A DNA stretch of 64,000 nt from a virus. Both the position numbers and the translations under genes were made by a program. The stretch lies in IMG/VR virus record IMGVR_UViG_3300027754_005796, positions 96,001 through 160,000 of that record; one strand, given 5' to 3'. This document shows positions 29,663-38,756 of this stretch, piece after piece. How positions within the stretch are numbered: position 1 is the stretch's first letter; the number at the start of each line of letters is the position of its first letter. Under the pieces are notes generated by a model. It was not told the DNA's origin. It made no database searches and saw only the letters and a program-made list of their open reading frames with translations.

Positions 29663-29730
29663 ATATGAAATTGTAGCCCCACATATTGTGGGGCTTAGAT
29701 ATTTTTTTTGGAAACAAAAAAACCAGCTTA

Positions 29731-29946
29731 TTAGGCCGTTTCTGCGGATATTTGTCCGATGGGGAAGAGTGTTTCACCGTTCGTTGTTTCTAGTTCCGAG
29801 CGTATCACGGTAACCTTTTTATCTGCTTCAATCCCTAACCTGACTTTGTTTCTGTTGTCGATCCTAACAACTGTGATTCTGATGTCCTCTTGACCGGGTT
29901 GTTTCAGAATGATAACTTCGTCCTTCTTTCGTGACAGTACCAGCAT
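29731..29946 (-). CDS. csrA: Carbon storage regulator CsrA (copy 2)
   Basis: MLVLSRKKDE...ITVVRI..KVRLGIEADKKVTVIRSEL. Confidence 0.85.
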   Translation of the reverse strand: MLVLSRKKDEVIILKQPGQEDIRITVVRIDNRNKVRLGIEADKKVTVIRSELETTNGETLFPIGQISAETA

Positions 29947-30117
29947 TTTTATTCCTTTCGTGCCAAAGTCCTTGTACTATATTAAAGAAGTATGTATCCT
30001 TTTTTTTTGATGAGATGATAATATTTTTTTGATTTTGACTTTACAATCAAAATACCTCGTACTAATATCAATCTGTCAGGATGGACCAGCCGGTATGAAA
30101 TCGGCAGGTATAAAGGT

Positions 30118-30160
30118 GTTGTGATAGTCACCTCAAGTGTCACAACTGATTTTATTGAGG
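30118..30160 (+). promoter_or_regulatory. Candidate H-type pseudoknot in the 5' leader of gene 30180
   Basis: GTTGTGATA/TGTCACAAC stem; loop CCTCAA pairs with downstream TTGAGG. Confidence 0.4.
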
Positions 30161-30179
30161 CTAGTTTGGGAGTTTTTTC

Positions 30180-30647
30180 ATGAGTAGCCAATGGTATGTC
30201 GAACTCACTACGCTTCGTTCTCAGCGTGAGAAGATTGATAAGCAAATCGCTTTGCTCGAGGAGTTGGTTGATCTTGAGGCGCAGCATGGCGGTCACCAAG
30301 CGAGGCCTGTCGCTGCCCGCAAGCCTGCTGCACGCACCGCTTTTGCCGATAAGCCGAAACCCCGCAGGGCTAAGAACACATCTCGTCAGATTGGCGCTGT
30401 TGTTTCTTCTGATGGTAAGAATATTCGTCTTCCTCAATTGCTGGTCAGTATCAGTCAGCAGCAGTCCTCTCCCGTGAAGCTGGAAGAGTTTTGTAAGCTC
30501 GTCAAAGAGGCTGGCTATGAAAGCAATGCTAGCAATTTCAGCAACATGGTTTACCAGTCTTTGCAGAAGCTTATCAAGAAGGGGTTTTTCGCCCGCAACG
30601 ACGAAACCCGTGAGTATGCTTTCACCGGCAACCTCCAGACTGCCTGA
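30180..30647 (+). CDS. Basic putative nucleic-acid-binding protein
   Basis: Coiled-coil N-terminus, K/R/A/P linker, wHTH-like C-terminus (VYQSLQKLIKKG). Confidence 0.55.
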   Translation: MSSQWYVELTTLRSQREKIDKQIALLEELVDLEAQHGGHQARPVAARKPAARTAFADKPKPRRAKNTSRQIGAVVSSDGKNIRLPQLLVSISQQQSSPVKLEEFCKLVKEAGYESNASNFSNMVYQSLQKLIKKGFFARNDETREYAFTGNLQTA

Positions 30648-30714
30648 TTGTTTGTCGCTAACCACGCCTCCTCCGGGGCGACTTTTTAACTCACTACTCA
30701 AGGAACTGTGTACT

Positions 30715-31089
30715 ATGTCAAACGAACTGAATCAGAATAAGGACAAGAGCAAAGCCGATTGTGTGCGGGCGATTCTGAAACAGATTGGGGCCATCAAGGC
30801 TCATCCACCAGAAGGCTGGCATAAGAAAACTGAAGAAGAATTGCTTGCTAAGTACAATATTAAGGTGCATACGACTCACATTTACGCTATTCGTAACGCT
30901 ATGCTCTCTAAAAGGCATTCAGCGGTTCTTTCTGAAACCAAAGAGGTTCTTCCCGAAACCAAAGATGATCATATCAAAGGTGTGATTTGTCTGTCGGATT
31001 TGGTTGCGGTCAAGTCTCTTAGTAAGCAGATTGGTGGTCTTTCTAGGTTGAAGGAATGTATTCGGGCTTTGGAGCAAATCACGACCTGA
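30715..31089 (+). CDS. Hypothetical protein
   Basis: Start after AAGGA; KSKADCVRAIL...GGLSRLKECIRAL. Confidence 0.6.
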   Translation: MSNELNQNKDKSKADCVRAILKQIGAIKAHPPEGWHKKTEEELLAKYNIKVHTTHIYAIRNAMLSKRHSAVLSETKEVLPETKDDHIKGVICLSDLVAVKSLSKQIGGLSRLKECIRALEQITT

Positions 31090-31112
31090 GGCACCTAACA
31101 GTTTTATTCGAC

Positions 31113-31146
31113 AAAGGCGCTCTGATTACAGAGCGCCTTTTCTTTT
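31113..31146 (+). terminator. Intrinsic terminator
   Basis: AAAGGCGCTCTG-ATTA-CAGAGCGCCTTT + T-run. Confidence 0.85.
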
Positions 31147-31196
31147 ACCTTTGATAGATATTGGGGTAAAATGGATTATAACTAGGAGTTCGAGTC

Positions 31197-32438
31197 ATGC
31201 CTCGTAAGCGTCAAATTGTTTGTAATTATTGTGGCAATAATGCCACCTCTGGACCATTGGTGGAGAGCCCTATCAGTAAGGTCTACATTTGCGGAGCTTG
31301 CATTAAAGTGTGCGATGCATTCTTGACTCAAAAAAGCGAGTGTCCCGTGCCTCAATTACATCTGAATTCAGCCAAACAGATAGTGGAACACTTAGATCAA
31401 CATATTATAGGACAGGACAGAGCCAAGCGTGCCTTAGCGGTTGCTGTAATCAACCATTATAAAAGACTTTTGGATTTCACTACCCAATTTGAAAAGAACA
31501 ATCCATATAAAGATGTCAATTTAGAGAAGTCTAATATTTTGCTTGTTGGCCCCACGGGTTCAGGCAAGACGCTTTTGGCCAGCACTTTGGCTAAAATTAT
31601 GAATGTGCCGTTTGCTGTGGGTGATGCAACCACGCTCACAGAAAGTGGTTATGTTGGTGAGGATGTTGAGAATTTAGTTCTGAAATTGATCCGTGCTGCC
31701 GATGGCGACATAGAGTTGGCACAGCATGGCATTATTTTTCTTGACGAGGTAGACAAACTTGCTCGTAGTGGCGGGAATGTTTCCATCACAAGGGATGTAA
31801 GTGGTGAGGGTGTCCAACAATCGTTGTTGAAAATGTTTGAGGGTACAATTTGCAATGTTCCTCCGCAGGGTGGCCGTAAGCATCCTGAGCAAAAGTACAT
31901 CCCAGTCGATACCCGCAATATTTTGTTTATATGCGGGGGAGCTTTTAATGGTTTGGAGGACATCATCAAGCGTCGATTGGGCAAATCGATGATGGGATTT
32001 AATTCGCAGCCAAATGAAGAAACTGATTGGTTGTTGGGAAGTGTTTCTGAAGCCGATTTGGTTGAATTCGGAATGATCCCTGAGTTCATAGGTCGGTTGC
32101 CTGTGGTCACTCCTCTGAGAGGCTTAGATGAAGAAGCTCTAATGCAAATTCTGACTAAGCCAAAAAATGCCATAACCAAGCAATACAAAAAACTTTGTTA
32201 TAGTGAAGGTGTGGATTTGAATTTCACCGAAGATGCCCTGAAGGCAATTGCTAAAAAAGCTTTGGACAAGGGGACAGGTGCTCGTGGACTCAGATCTGTG
32301 TTGGAAGATTTTATGCTTGATGTAATGTTTCAATTAGTGGATAATGAAGGAAAATCGACAACAATAACCAAAGAAGTTGTAGCTGGTGCTTCTGCGACTT
32401 TTGAAAAAAACACACTCATTTATTCTGGGGCTGTTTAA
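31197..32438 (+). CDS. clpX: ATP-dependent Clp protease ATPase ClpX
   Basis: C4 zinc finger, GPTGSGKT, GYVGEDVE pore loop, RDVSGEGVQQSLLK, PPQGGRKHP, MGF loop, TGARGLR. Confidence 0.97.
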   Translation: MPRKRQIVCNYCGNNATSGPLVESPISKVYICGACIKVCDAFLTQKSECPVPQLHLNSAKQIVEHLDQHIIGQDRAKRALAVAVINHYKRLLDFTTQFEKNNPYKDVNLEKSNILLVGPTGSGKTLLASTLAKIMNVPFAVGDATTLTESGYVGEDVENLVLKLIRAADGDIELAQHGIIFLDEVDKLARSGGNVSITRDVSGEGVQQSLLKMFEGTICNVPPQGGRKHPEQKYIPVDTRNILFICGGAFNGLEDIIKRRLGKSMMGFNSQPNEETDWLLGSVSEADLVEFGMIPEFIGRLPVVTPLRGLDEEALMQILTKPKNAITKQYKKLCYSEGVDLNFTEDALKAIAKKALDKGTGARGLRSVLEDFMLDVMFQLVDNEGKSTTITKEVVAGASATFEKNTLIYSGAV

Positions 32439-32566
32439 TGAAGCCACATCTTAGATTGATTGGTGATGTTCATGGCGGGGCGTTCTCTTCCAAAATCAAA
32501 GTGCTGGTCTATGTCTTGGTCTTGGTCTATGTCTTGGTCTATGTTTTGGCCTTGGCCTTGGTCTAG
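32438..32566 (+). pseudogene. Truncated metallophosphoesterase-like N-terminus running into the repeat tract
   Basis: TAATG overlap with clpX; MKPHLRLIGDVHGG followed by repeat-derived sequence and TAG. Confidence 0.4.
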
Positions 32567-32850
32567 GTCTTGGTCTTGCTATTTTTCTAATTTTTTGGTT
32601 AAATCTTGGTCTGTGTCTTGGTCTTATTGGTCAAAAAATTGGAGCAACAATATATGATCCTTAAAACAAATTCACATAGTGATAACCATTGTTTTGGATT
32701 TGTTAATTCAAAATTAGCATGTCGCTCTTTTTTTTGGTCTATGTTTTGGTCTGAGTCTTGGTCTTTGTCTTGGCAAAATTGTGACTCTTGGTCTTGGTCT
32801 ACGCCTTTGTCTTTTCATTGGAGTATAGAACAATGATCCTTAAAACAATT
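32500..32850 (+). repeat. Degenerate TCTTGG tandem-repeat tract encoding Trp/Ser-rich mini-ORFs
   Basis: Many TCTTGGTCT units; ATGATCCTTAAAACAA repeated at 32654 and 32833. Confidence 0.7.
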
Positions 32851-32879
32851 TTCTTTAGCAGAGGGCGGTATTCAAGATT

Positions 32880-33476
32880 ATGAATTATTCGGCAGCAACT
32901 TGCTTCGATGAAAAGGATTGGAACAAATATGGATTGAATTGGTTGCGTGCAGCCCGTTCAAATTCTATGACTGGTTTTGTGGTTGGTATAGACCTTCCAG
33001 AACAAGCCGTGGCAAAAATTGGAGAATTGAATTTCACCCATTTGCCCATCGTTCGCAAATATAATTTTAAATGCGATTTATTTTACACACTTCTTCAGGC
33101 ATTGGATCGTGATTCTTTTTGCTTATGGACTGAAAATAATTTGCTGCCTAGGCATGATCTCGAGCCAAAGTTTGATGCTTGTTGTCAATTAAGCGAATAT
33201 ACAGCATATGCAATTACAAGTCCCGTAATAAACTTGCATGATCGTGCTGCCATGATTAGTTCGCTTGAGGAACAAATCCAAAAAGTTCATGGAAGCATGT
33301 TATCAACTCGATATATATTAGGAAGCTATAATTTTTGGAATGGTTTTTTGGGTTGTCAAAGTTATTTGTATCAGAAGCAATATCTGGATTCAAATATGCC
33401 TTGTGACGATTTGATTCTGAATTTCTTTATGGCTTTTGCAAATTCCGTTTCTCTAGAAATTAAAAAATATGAGTAA
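32880..33476 (+). CDS. Hypothetical protein
   Basis: 198-aa ORF. Confidence 0.65.
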   Translation: MNYSAATCFDEKDWNKYGLNWLRAARSNSMTGFVVGIDLPEQAVAKIGELNFTHLPIVRKYNFKCDLFYTLLQALDRDSFCLWTENNLLPRHDLEPKFDACCQLSEYTAYAITSPVINLHDRAAMISSLEEQIQKVHGSMLSTRYILGSYNFWNGFLGCQSYLYQKQYLDSNMPCDDLILNFFMAFANSVSLEIKKYE

Positions 33477-33569
33477 TTTTTTTTATGAAATAGGGTCTTT
33501 TGTGTTTTTTATGACTGTAATGTTTATAATTTGTTTGATCCTCATGGCATTTGAAGGTAAATCAAACAA

Positions 33570-33995
33570 ATGAACATCTTGCTCTGTGTTTACGGCACCT
33601 TGAAGCAATGCTTTCAAAGATCGCAGTTTCTTCGTGATCAAAGATACTTAGGTGTTTGCAAAACCACTCCTGAGTATGGAATCTATGCCTATGGTGGATT
33701 TCCAGCACTTGTCGATTCCAATTTGGCTCAGTCATCTGATGTAAAAGCCAATTCGCATATCTATGGCGAATTGTATGAGGTCGATGAAAATTGCCTTGTT
33801 TTGCTTGATGATATTGAAGGCGTTGGTGATGGATTGTTTTTTAGGCAAACCCTTAATCTTCAGGAAATTAATTTTTTTCGTCTGCCTTTGACACAAGAAT
33901 GTTGGAATATGGTTGAAGCAAAAAAAGCGGAAGCGTATTTTTTTAAGCGTAGCGTAAAAGGTGCAGCGAATTGCGGTTCTTTCTGGTCAAAATAA
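33570..33995 (+). CDS. Gamma-glutamylcyclotransferase (AIG2-like)
   Basis: VYGTLK, GGFPAL, IYGELYEV, LDDIEG. Confidence 0.85.
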   Translation: MNILLCVYGTLKQCFQRSQFLRDQRYLGVCKTTPEYGIYAYGGFPALVDSNLAQSSDVKANSHIYGELYEVDENCLVLLDDIEGVGDGLFFRQTLNLQEINFFRLPLTQECWNMVEAKKAEAYFFKRSVKGAANCGSFWSK

Positions 33996-33996
33996 A

Positions 33997-34386
33997 ATGT
34001 CTTACGCAGATGTAGCACTTGTTGTAATTGTTCTTGTCGCAAGCTTTTTGTTGTTTGCCTTTTTTGTTGTTCGCAGTTACGCTGTGGAAAACGAAAGGTT
34101 AAAAATACAAGGAGTTCTTGAAGATTTGCAATATGCAACAACTGATCAATTGCTGAAAGAATTTCGTAGTAGACCGAAAAACATATATGTATTGATAAAG
34201 CCTATAGACACGCCACAAGAACAGGGTTTCAAAATTGAGTTAAATGGAATGTCTCTGTTTAATTCATTGACCATGATGCATCTTGGTCTAAATCTAGTAC
34301 GGCGTGAAATGCAAAATAAAGGCATGGAAATTCCAGAATTACCTGTTTTATTCAAAGAGGATGATGACGATGAACAAACAGGTTAA
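33997..34386 (+). CDS. Membrane-anchored hypothetical protein
   Basis: N-terminal TM helix. Confidence 0.6.
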   Translation: MSYADVALVVIVLVASFLLFAFFVVRSYAVENERLKIQGVLEDLQYATTDQLLKEFRSRPKNIYVLIKPIDTPQEQGFKIELNGMSLFNSLTMMHLGLNLVRREMQNKGMEIPELPVLFKEDDDDEQTG

Positions 34387-35509
34387 AATCTGCTTAAACA
34401 CGATGGTAGCAAATGAGTCTCATGTGATTTTACGCATGTTGGAGTCATGCTATCGATACATCGACTACTGGGTAATTCAAGACAACGGTAGTAAAGACAA
34501 CACCAAAGAATTGATCGCCAGTTTTTTTGAAGAAAAAAACATTCCCGGCTGTCTCTACTCAATTCCTTGGCAATTTCCCGGCTACAACCGGGACCATGCT
34601 CTGCAAACTTGTTTAAAACACAATCATGGTTGTGATTGGATTTTACGGATTGACGCTGACGAGAAGATTGAAGTAGAGCCGGACTTTGATTGGTCGCCAA
34701 TTAATCAAACATCTGTTCAAAGCTATAACATTATGGCCTATCAAAGCTTGTGTTCGTACAGAAGGTGTTGGCTGTGGAACGCCAAATTGCCTTGGAAGTT
34801 CAAGCACGACAAGCGTCATGAAATCATTTATCTTGACCAAGATAATATCGGGGAAGGATTCCAAAGATGTGATTTAGATTCTAAATTCAGGCATATCGTC
34901 GTTGGCGATGGCAAAACTTGGCAAAACAGTACAAAGTTTTTCCAAGATGCTTTGGAAATTGAAAAAGATTTGTTGGCTGAAAATTCTATGTTGACTGATT
35001 TTTATCATCTCTATTACACAGCTAAAAGCTACAGGGATTCATTTTGCGCTCCCGGCTCTTATTTTCCTTTTGGTTTCAGCCATGTGCAAGAGTGCGCCAG
35101 ACGCTGTCTTTTTTATTTTGATCGCTGGATGGATTTAATGCACGACTACAGTACAACGCAAAAGCCCAAGTTTATCGATGAATCTGGATACATGGCTTGC
35201 ATTTTTAAGGCTGAGGCATATTCAAGATTGAATGACGAAGAAGCAGAGCTAAGATCGCTTCATCAAGCAGAAGCATTTTGTCCGGCAAGAAATGAACATT
35301 TGGCGAGATTGGCAGAACTACATCAAGCAAAGGGTCGCAGGGTGGAATTTATTAACACAACCATGCGATTGATGGAAAAAGATAGGAAAAACCCTCTTGC
35401 TGTTTTTTCTTTGTTTATCAATAGTGATGCATACTACGACACGGGAAGTAAAGTTCAAGAGCTTCATCGGCAGGCATGTATGTTGCACAACATATCCTCC
35501 GTGGAATAA
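34370..35509 (+). CDS. GT2 glycosyltransferase with TPR-like C-terminus
   Basis: ICLNTMVANESHVI, IQDNGSKDNT, WILRIDADE, KRHE. Confidence 0.8.
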   Translation: MNKQVKICLNTMVANESHVILRMLESCYRYIDYWVIQDNGSKDNTKELIASFFEEKNIPGCLYSIPWQFPGYNRDHALQTCLKHNHGCDWILRIDADEKIEVEPDFDWSPINQTSVQSYNIMAYQSLCSYRRCWLWNAKLPWKFKHDKRHEIIYLDQDNIGEGFQRCDLDSKFRHIVVGDGKTWQNSTKFFQDALEIEKDLLAENSMLTDFYHLYYTAKSYRDSFCAPGSYFPFGFSHVQECARRCLFYFDRWMDLMHDYSTTQKPKFIDESGYMACIFKAEAYSRLNDEEAELRSLHQAEAFCPARNEHLARLAELHQAKGRRVEFINTTMRLMEKDRKNPLAVFSLFINSDAYYDTGSKVQELHRQACMLHNISSVE

Positions 35510-35574
35510 AAGTTTAAAATATTACTTACCATGAAAAAATATATGGCATATACTTTCCCTATCCACAGGGAGTA

Positions 35575-36528
35575 TTGTTTATGCTTTCTAATTTTGATCG
35601 GTATGAAAAACTCGTTTCTAGCAACTTGAAATCCTTTTGTCACGAGATTTTTGATGATGTGAAGCAAAGGAAGGCTATAACTGCCGAAATGCCCGACTTT
35701 GAGGAATTTCAGAAAGCTACTCAGAAGATACAGAAAGCAAAAAGTGGCAAAATAAATCCAGAAATGCTTCCTTGTTATGAATCGCCTCTTTTGAATAGCC
35801 AACAAGAGCAGCATCTCTTTCGCAAGATGAATTTTTATAAATATAAAGCCAAGCTTGTTTTAAGCACTATAAATTCGCAGAATCCAAATACAATAAAATT
35901 AGAGAATGCCGAAAATTTTGTTGCAAAATACAAGGAAATTAGAAACCTCTTGGCTGAAAGTAATTTCAGACTTGCCACCCAAGTGATGAAACACCGCCAT
36001 ATTTTGCAGAATGAGCAAAATCAGCATGACACCATATTAAGCGATGCGTATTACGATGTTCTAAAGGCTGTTGATTATTTTAACTGGACATTGGGACATA
36101 AGTTTTCAACTTACGCTACTTGGGTAGTGAAGAAAAATTTTTTCCGTGATGCAAAGATGAAGTTCGCACACAACGAAAGGTTGTCATTTTTCAACGATTC
36201 AATTCCAGACATGGAAGACGAAAAGACTAGTGGCTTGGTAGATGAGCGTGATCAACAAAGCCGTCAGACTTTGATTTTCAAATTAATTGGTTTACTTGTA
36301 AAAGAAAATATTGGCACGGATCGCATCAGGCAGGCTTATGTTCTTGAAAATTATTTCGGGGTAAATGGCAGAGAAAAGAAAACTCTTGAAAAAATAAGCG
36401 AAGAAATCGGTGTGACCAAGGAAAGAGTGCGCCAGTTAAAAGAAAAAGGATTGGAATGGATTCGCAGCAGGGTCGCAGTAATGAATTTGGACTATGATAA
36501 CGAAAAACCAGATGAAAGTGTTTTCTAA
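35575..36528 (+). CDS. RNA polymerase sigma-70 family factor
   Basis: LLNSQQEQHLFRKMNF, ESNFRL, KAVDYF..GHKFSTYATW, TLEKISEEIGVTKERVRQL. Confidence 0.9.
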   Translation: MFMLSNFDRYEKLVSSNLKSFCHEIFDDVKQRKAITAEMPDFEEFQKATQKIQKAKSGKINPEMLPCYESPLLNSQQEQHLFRKMNFYKYKAKLVLSTINSQNPNTIKLENAENFVAKYKEIRNLLAESNFRLATQVMKHRHILQNEQNQHDTILSDAYYDVLKAVDYFNWTLGHKFSTYATWVVKKNFFRDAKMKFAHNERLSFFNDSIPDMEDEKTSGLVDERDQQSRQTLIFKLIGLLVKENIGTDRIRQAYVLENYFGVNGREKKTLEKISEEIGVTKERVRQLKEKGLEWIRSRVAVMNLDYDNEKPDESVF

Positions 36529-36563
36529 AAGTGTTATAGTATTTTCTGGTAGGAGAAAACACT

Positions 36564-37658
36564 ATGTTCACGCTGGAAGATGCCTATCATGCAGTTGAAG
36601 GTCGTTCTGAGTTTGCAATCAAACTTACAGATAAGACTGTTTGCTTTGACTACATCGTAATTCTTAGTGACACTTTTGTAGCGGGAGATGCATCAAAAAC
36701 AGGTTGGATTCGTCGCAATTTTCGTGGCGTAACATTTTGCCGTGAAACTGGCAAAATGCTAAGTTTGCCTTTTCATAAATTTTTCAATATCAATCAGAAT
36801 TCAGAAACTGATTTCAATTTATATAAAGGAAAAGATGCCACCATCTATGAAAAACTAGATGGAAGTATGGTTCATTTTTACAGGTTGACAGATGGCGCTT
36901 TACAAGCTTCTACCCGTCGCTCTCCTCATTCTACACAAGCTCAGGGTGCTTTGGCTTTTGTTCTTAGTAGTCCAGAGTTGGAGCGCAACATCCTTGAAAC
37001 GATTGATTGCGGTTTCACGCCTATTTTTGAATGGGTCTCGCCTCGTAATCAGATAGTTGTCAGGTATGACCAATGCAGACTGGTGTTCTTAATGTCTCGC
37101 AGCAGGGAGACTGGAAAGTATTTTTTTGAAAATAAGTATTCTGATCGTGCTCTTGAATATCGTTTTAAATTTGCTGAAATATTGCAGAATTTGCATCATT
37201 CTGAATTTGAAGGATATGTTTGTCATTTTGAAAATGGCGACATGCTGAAAGCTAAAACACCTTGGTATTTGGAGAGACATCGTGCTGTTGATGCTCTCAT
37301 GCGTCCCACATACAAGGTTTATGAAGTCGCTTTAGATGGTTTGATGGACGATCTTATTGCCATTTCGGTTGAATCCTACAAAATTCGCTTACAGTCTATT
37401 CATGATGAAGTACAAAAAGATATATTGCAATTAAATTTGCAAATGGAGTCTGTATATCAAGAAATTAATTCTAAAATAGTTTATGATATCAAGTCAAATC
37501 AAAAAGAGCATCGAAAATCTTTTGTGGAGATGGCTAAAACAACAAATTGTTTTTCAGAATTGATGCAGATTTATCAAGGAAAAAATCCAGAAAGTCTTTA
37601 CAAGAAAAAACTTATGGAAAAATACACAGAAATGTATCCAGAAAGATTTTTCAGTTAA
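36564..37658 (+). CDS. T4 Rnl1-like RNA ligase
   Basis: RGVTF, LPFHKFFNIN, YEKLDGS, TPIFEWVSPRNQIV, EGYV, KAKTPWY. Confidence 0.9.
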   Translation: MFTLEDAYHAVEGRSEFAIKLTDKTVCFDYIVILSDTFVAGDASKTGWIRRNFRGVTFCRETGKMLSLPFHKFFNINQNSETDFNLYKGKDATIYEKLDGSMVHFYRLTDGALQASTRRSPHSTQAQGALAFVLSSPELERNILETIDCGFTPIFEWVSPRNQIVVRYDQCRLVFLMSRSRETGKYFFENKYSDRALEYRFKFAEILQNLHHSEFEGYVCHFENGDMLKAKTPWYLERHRAVDALMRPTYKVYEVALDGLMDDLIAISVESYKIRLQSIHDEVQKDILQLNLQMESVYQEINSKIVYDIKSNQKEHRKSFVEMAKTTNCFSELMQIYQGKNPESLYKKKLMEKYTEMYPERFFS

Positions 37659-37691
37659 TTGTATTTCGGCAACAAAACTTCCTGTATGACT
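37659..37691 (+). promoter_or_regulatory. Conserved 33-bp upstream motif, copy 1
   Basis: TTGTATTTCGGCAACAAAACTTCCTGTATGACT. Confidence 0.7.
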
Positions 37692-37819
37692 TTACAACCC
37701 GACAAAATCGGGTTACAGAGAAGGTGACGGCGTTACACTATTAGACTGCCTCCACAATGGAGTGGGTTGAGCAGTTTTTATCTGATAGCTGTGCCCGTCT
37801 GTTTGAGGTTCTTGACCCT

Positions 37820-38677
37820 ATGGCTACTAAGAAAACTGCTGCTCCTAAGTCAGCTAAGGATGTTTTGGCACAATTGGGGGCACTTGCAGGCTCTGCAAAG
37901 CCTGCTGCAAAGACCGCCCAAAAGTGGCAGCTTCCTGTGACTACCGATTTTCAAGCCGTTGCTGCCCGCTGGGCGGGAGCAAAGATCGTTTCTGATGTAT
38001 CCAAGGCTCGTTTGGAATCAACCAAGGACGAGCTATGCGAATACGCAACAGGCGTGCTGGTCGAGAGACTTTGGGAAAACGGCAGTAAGCCGAGTAACCC
38101 CAGCGTCACGCTGGTCAAGGCAGATGGTTCTGCTGATCACAGCTTCCTGTACATCTTGCAGGATCGATTCAGCGTTCAACTGCCTGAGTGCCAGCAGGGC
38201 GAGGAAGTAGATTCCGCTGTTGGTGTTTTCGAGGGCTTGGGCCTGCATCCTGACGATGCACGCAATTTGGTCGAGAACGAACTTGACTTCTCGCCAATCG
38301 TGGGTTTTCGGCCTCTTTCCGAGCTCTTAAACGGCACCTACGGGGAGAGCCGTGAGTTCATTCCTGCCAGCGATGTGGAGCAGTCCGCTGGCATGAAATT
38401 GGCTGCGTTGGTGGCATGGGACGGGACTTCGCCCGTCAAGCCCCTGACCCCTGCCGAAAAGGCTGTTGTGGTGGACCGCAGCAATAAAGTCGCCATAAAG
38501 GCGGGGTTCTACGACAGGGTCAAGGGCTACTGCCGTAGCGTTGATCAACTGAAGGCGGTCCTGAAGGTGGTTAAGCCCTCAGCTTACCCTTCCCACCTGA
38601 AGTTCGCTCCTGCCGACAGCGTGGTAGAGCAGACGCAGCGTAAAATTGCTGCTGCATCTGAACTGTTTCAAGGTTAA
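37820..38677 (+). CDS. Hypothetical protein (GC-richer gene)
   Basis: Probable start MATKKTAA after GAGG. Confidence 0.7.
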   Translation: MATKKTAAPKSAKDVLAQLGALAGSAKPAAKTAQKWQLPVTTDFQAVAARWAGAKIVSDVSKARLESTKDELCEYATGVLVERLWENGSKPSNPSVTLVKADGSADHSFLYILQDRFSVQLPECQQGEEVDSAVGVFEGLGLHPDDARNLVENELDFSPIVGFRPLSELLNGTYGESREFIPASDVEQSAGMKLAALVAWDGTSPVKPLTPAEKAVVVDRSNKVAIKAGFYDRVKGYCRSVDQLKAVLKVVKPSAYPSHLKFAPADSVVEQTQRKIAAASELFQG

Positions 38678-38702
38678 TATTAATCGTGTGAGGATGGACT
38701 CG

Positions 38703-38734
38703 AAGGGGACCGGAGAAATCCGGTCCCCTTTTTT
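38703..38734 (+). terminator. Intrinsic terminator
   Basis: AAGGGGACCGGA-GAAA-TCCGGTCCCCTT + T-run. Confidence 0.9.
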
Positions 38735-38756
38735 CGTTTTCTCACTCAATTAATTC

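Noticed and set aside
32500-32850. CRISPR array
   Set aside because: Degenerate 6-9-nt units with no constant repeat and unique spacers; no cas genes in the window.
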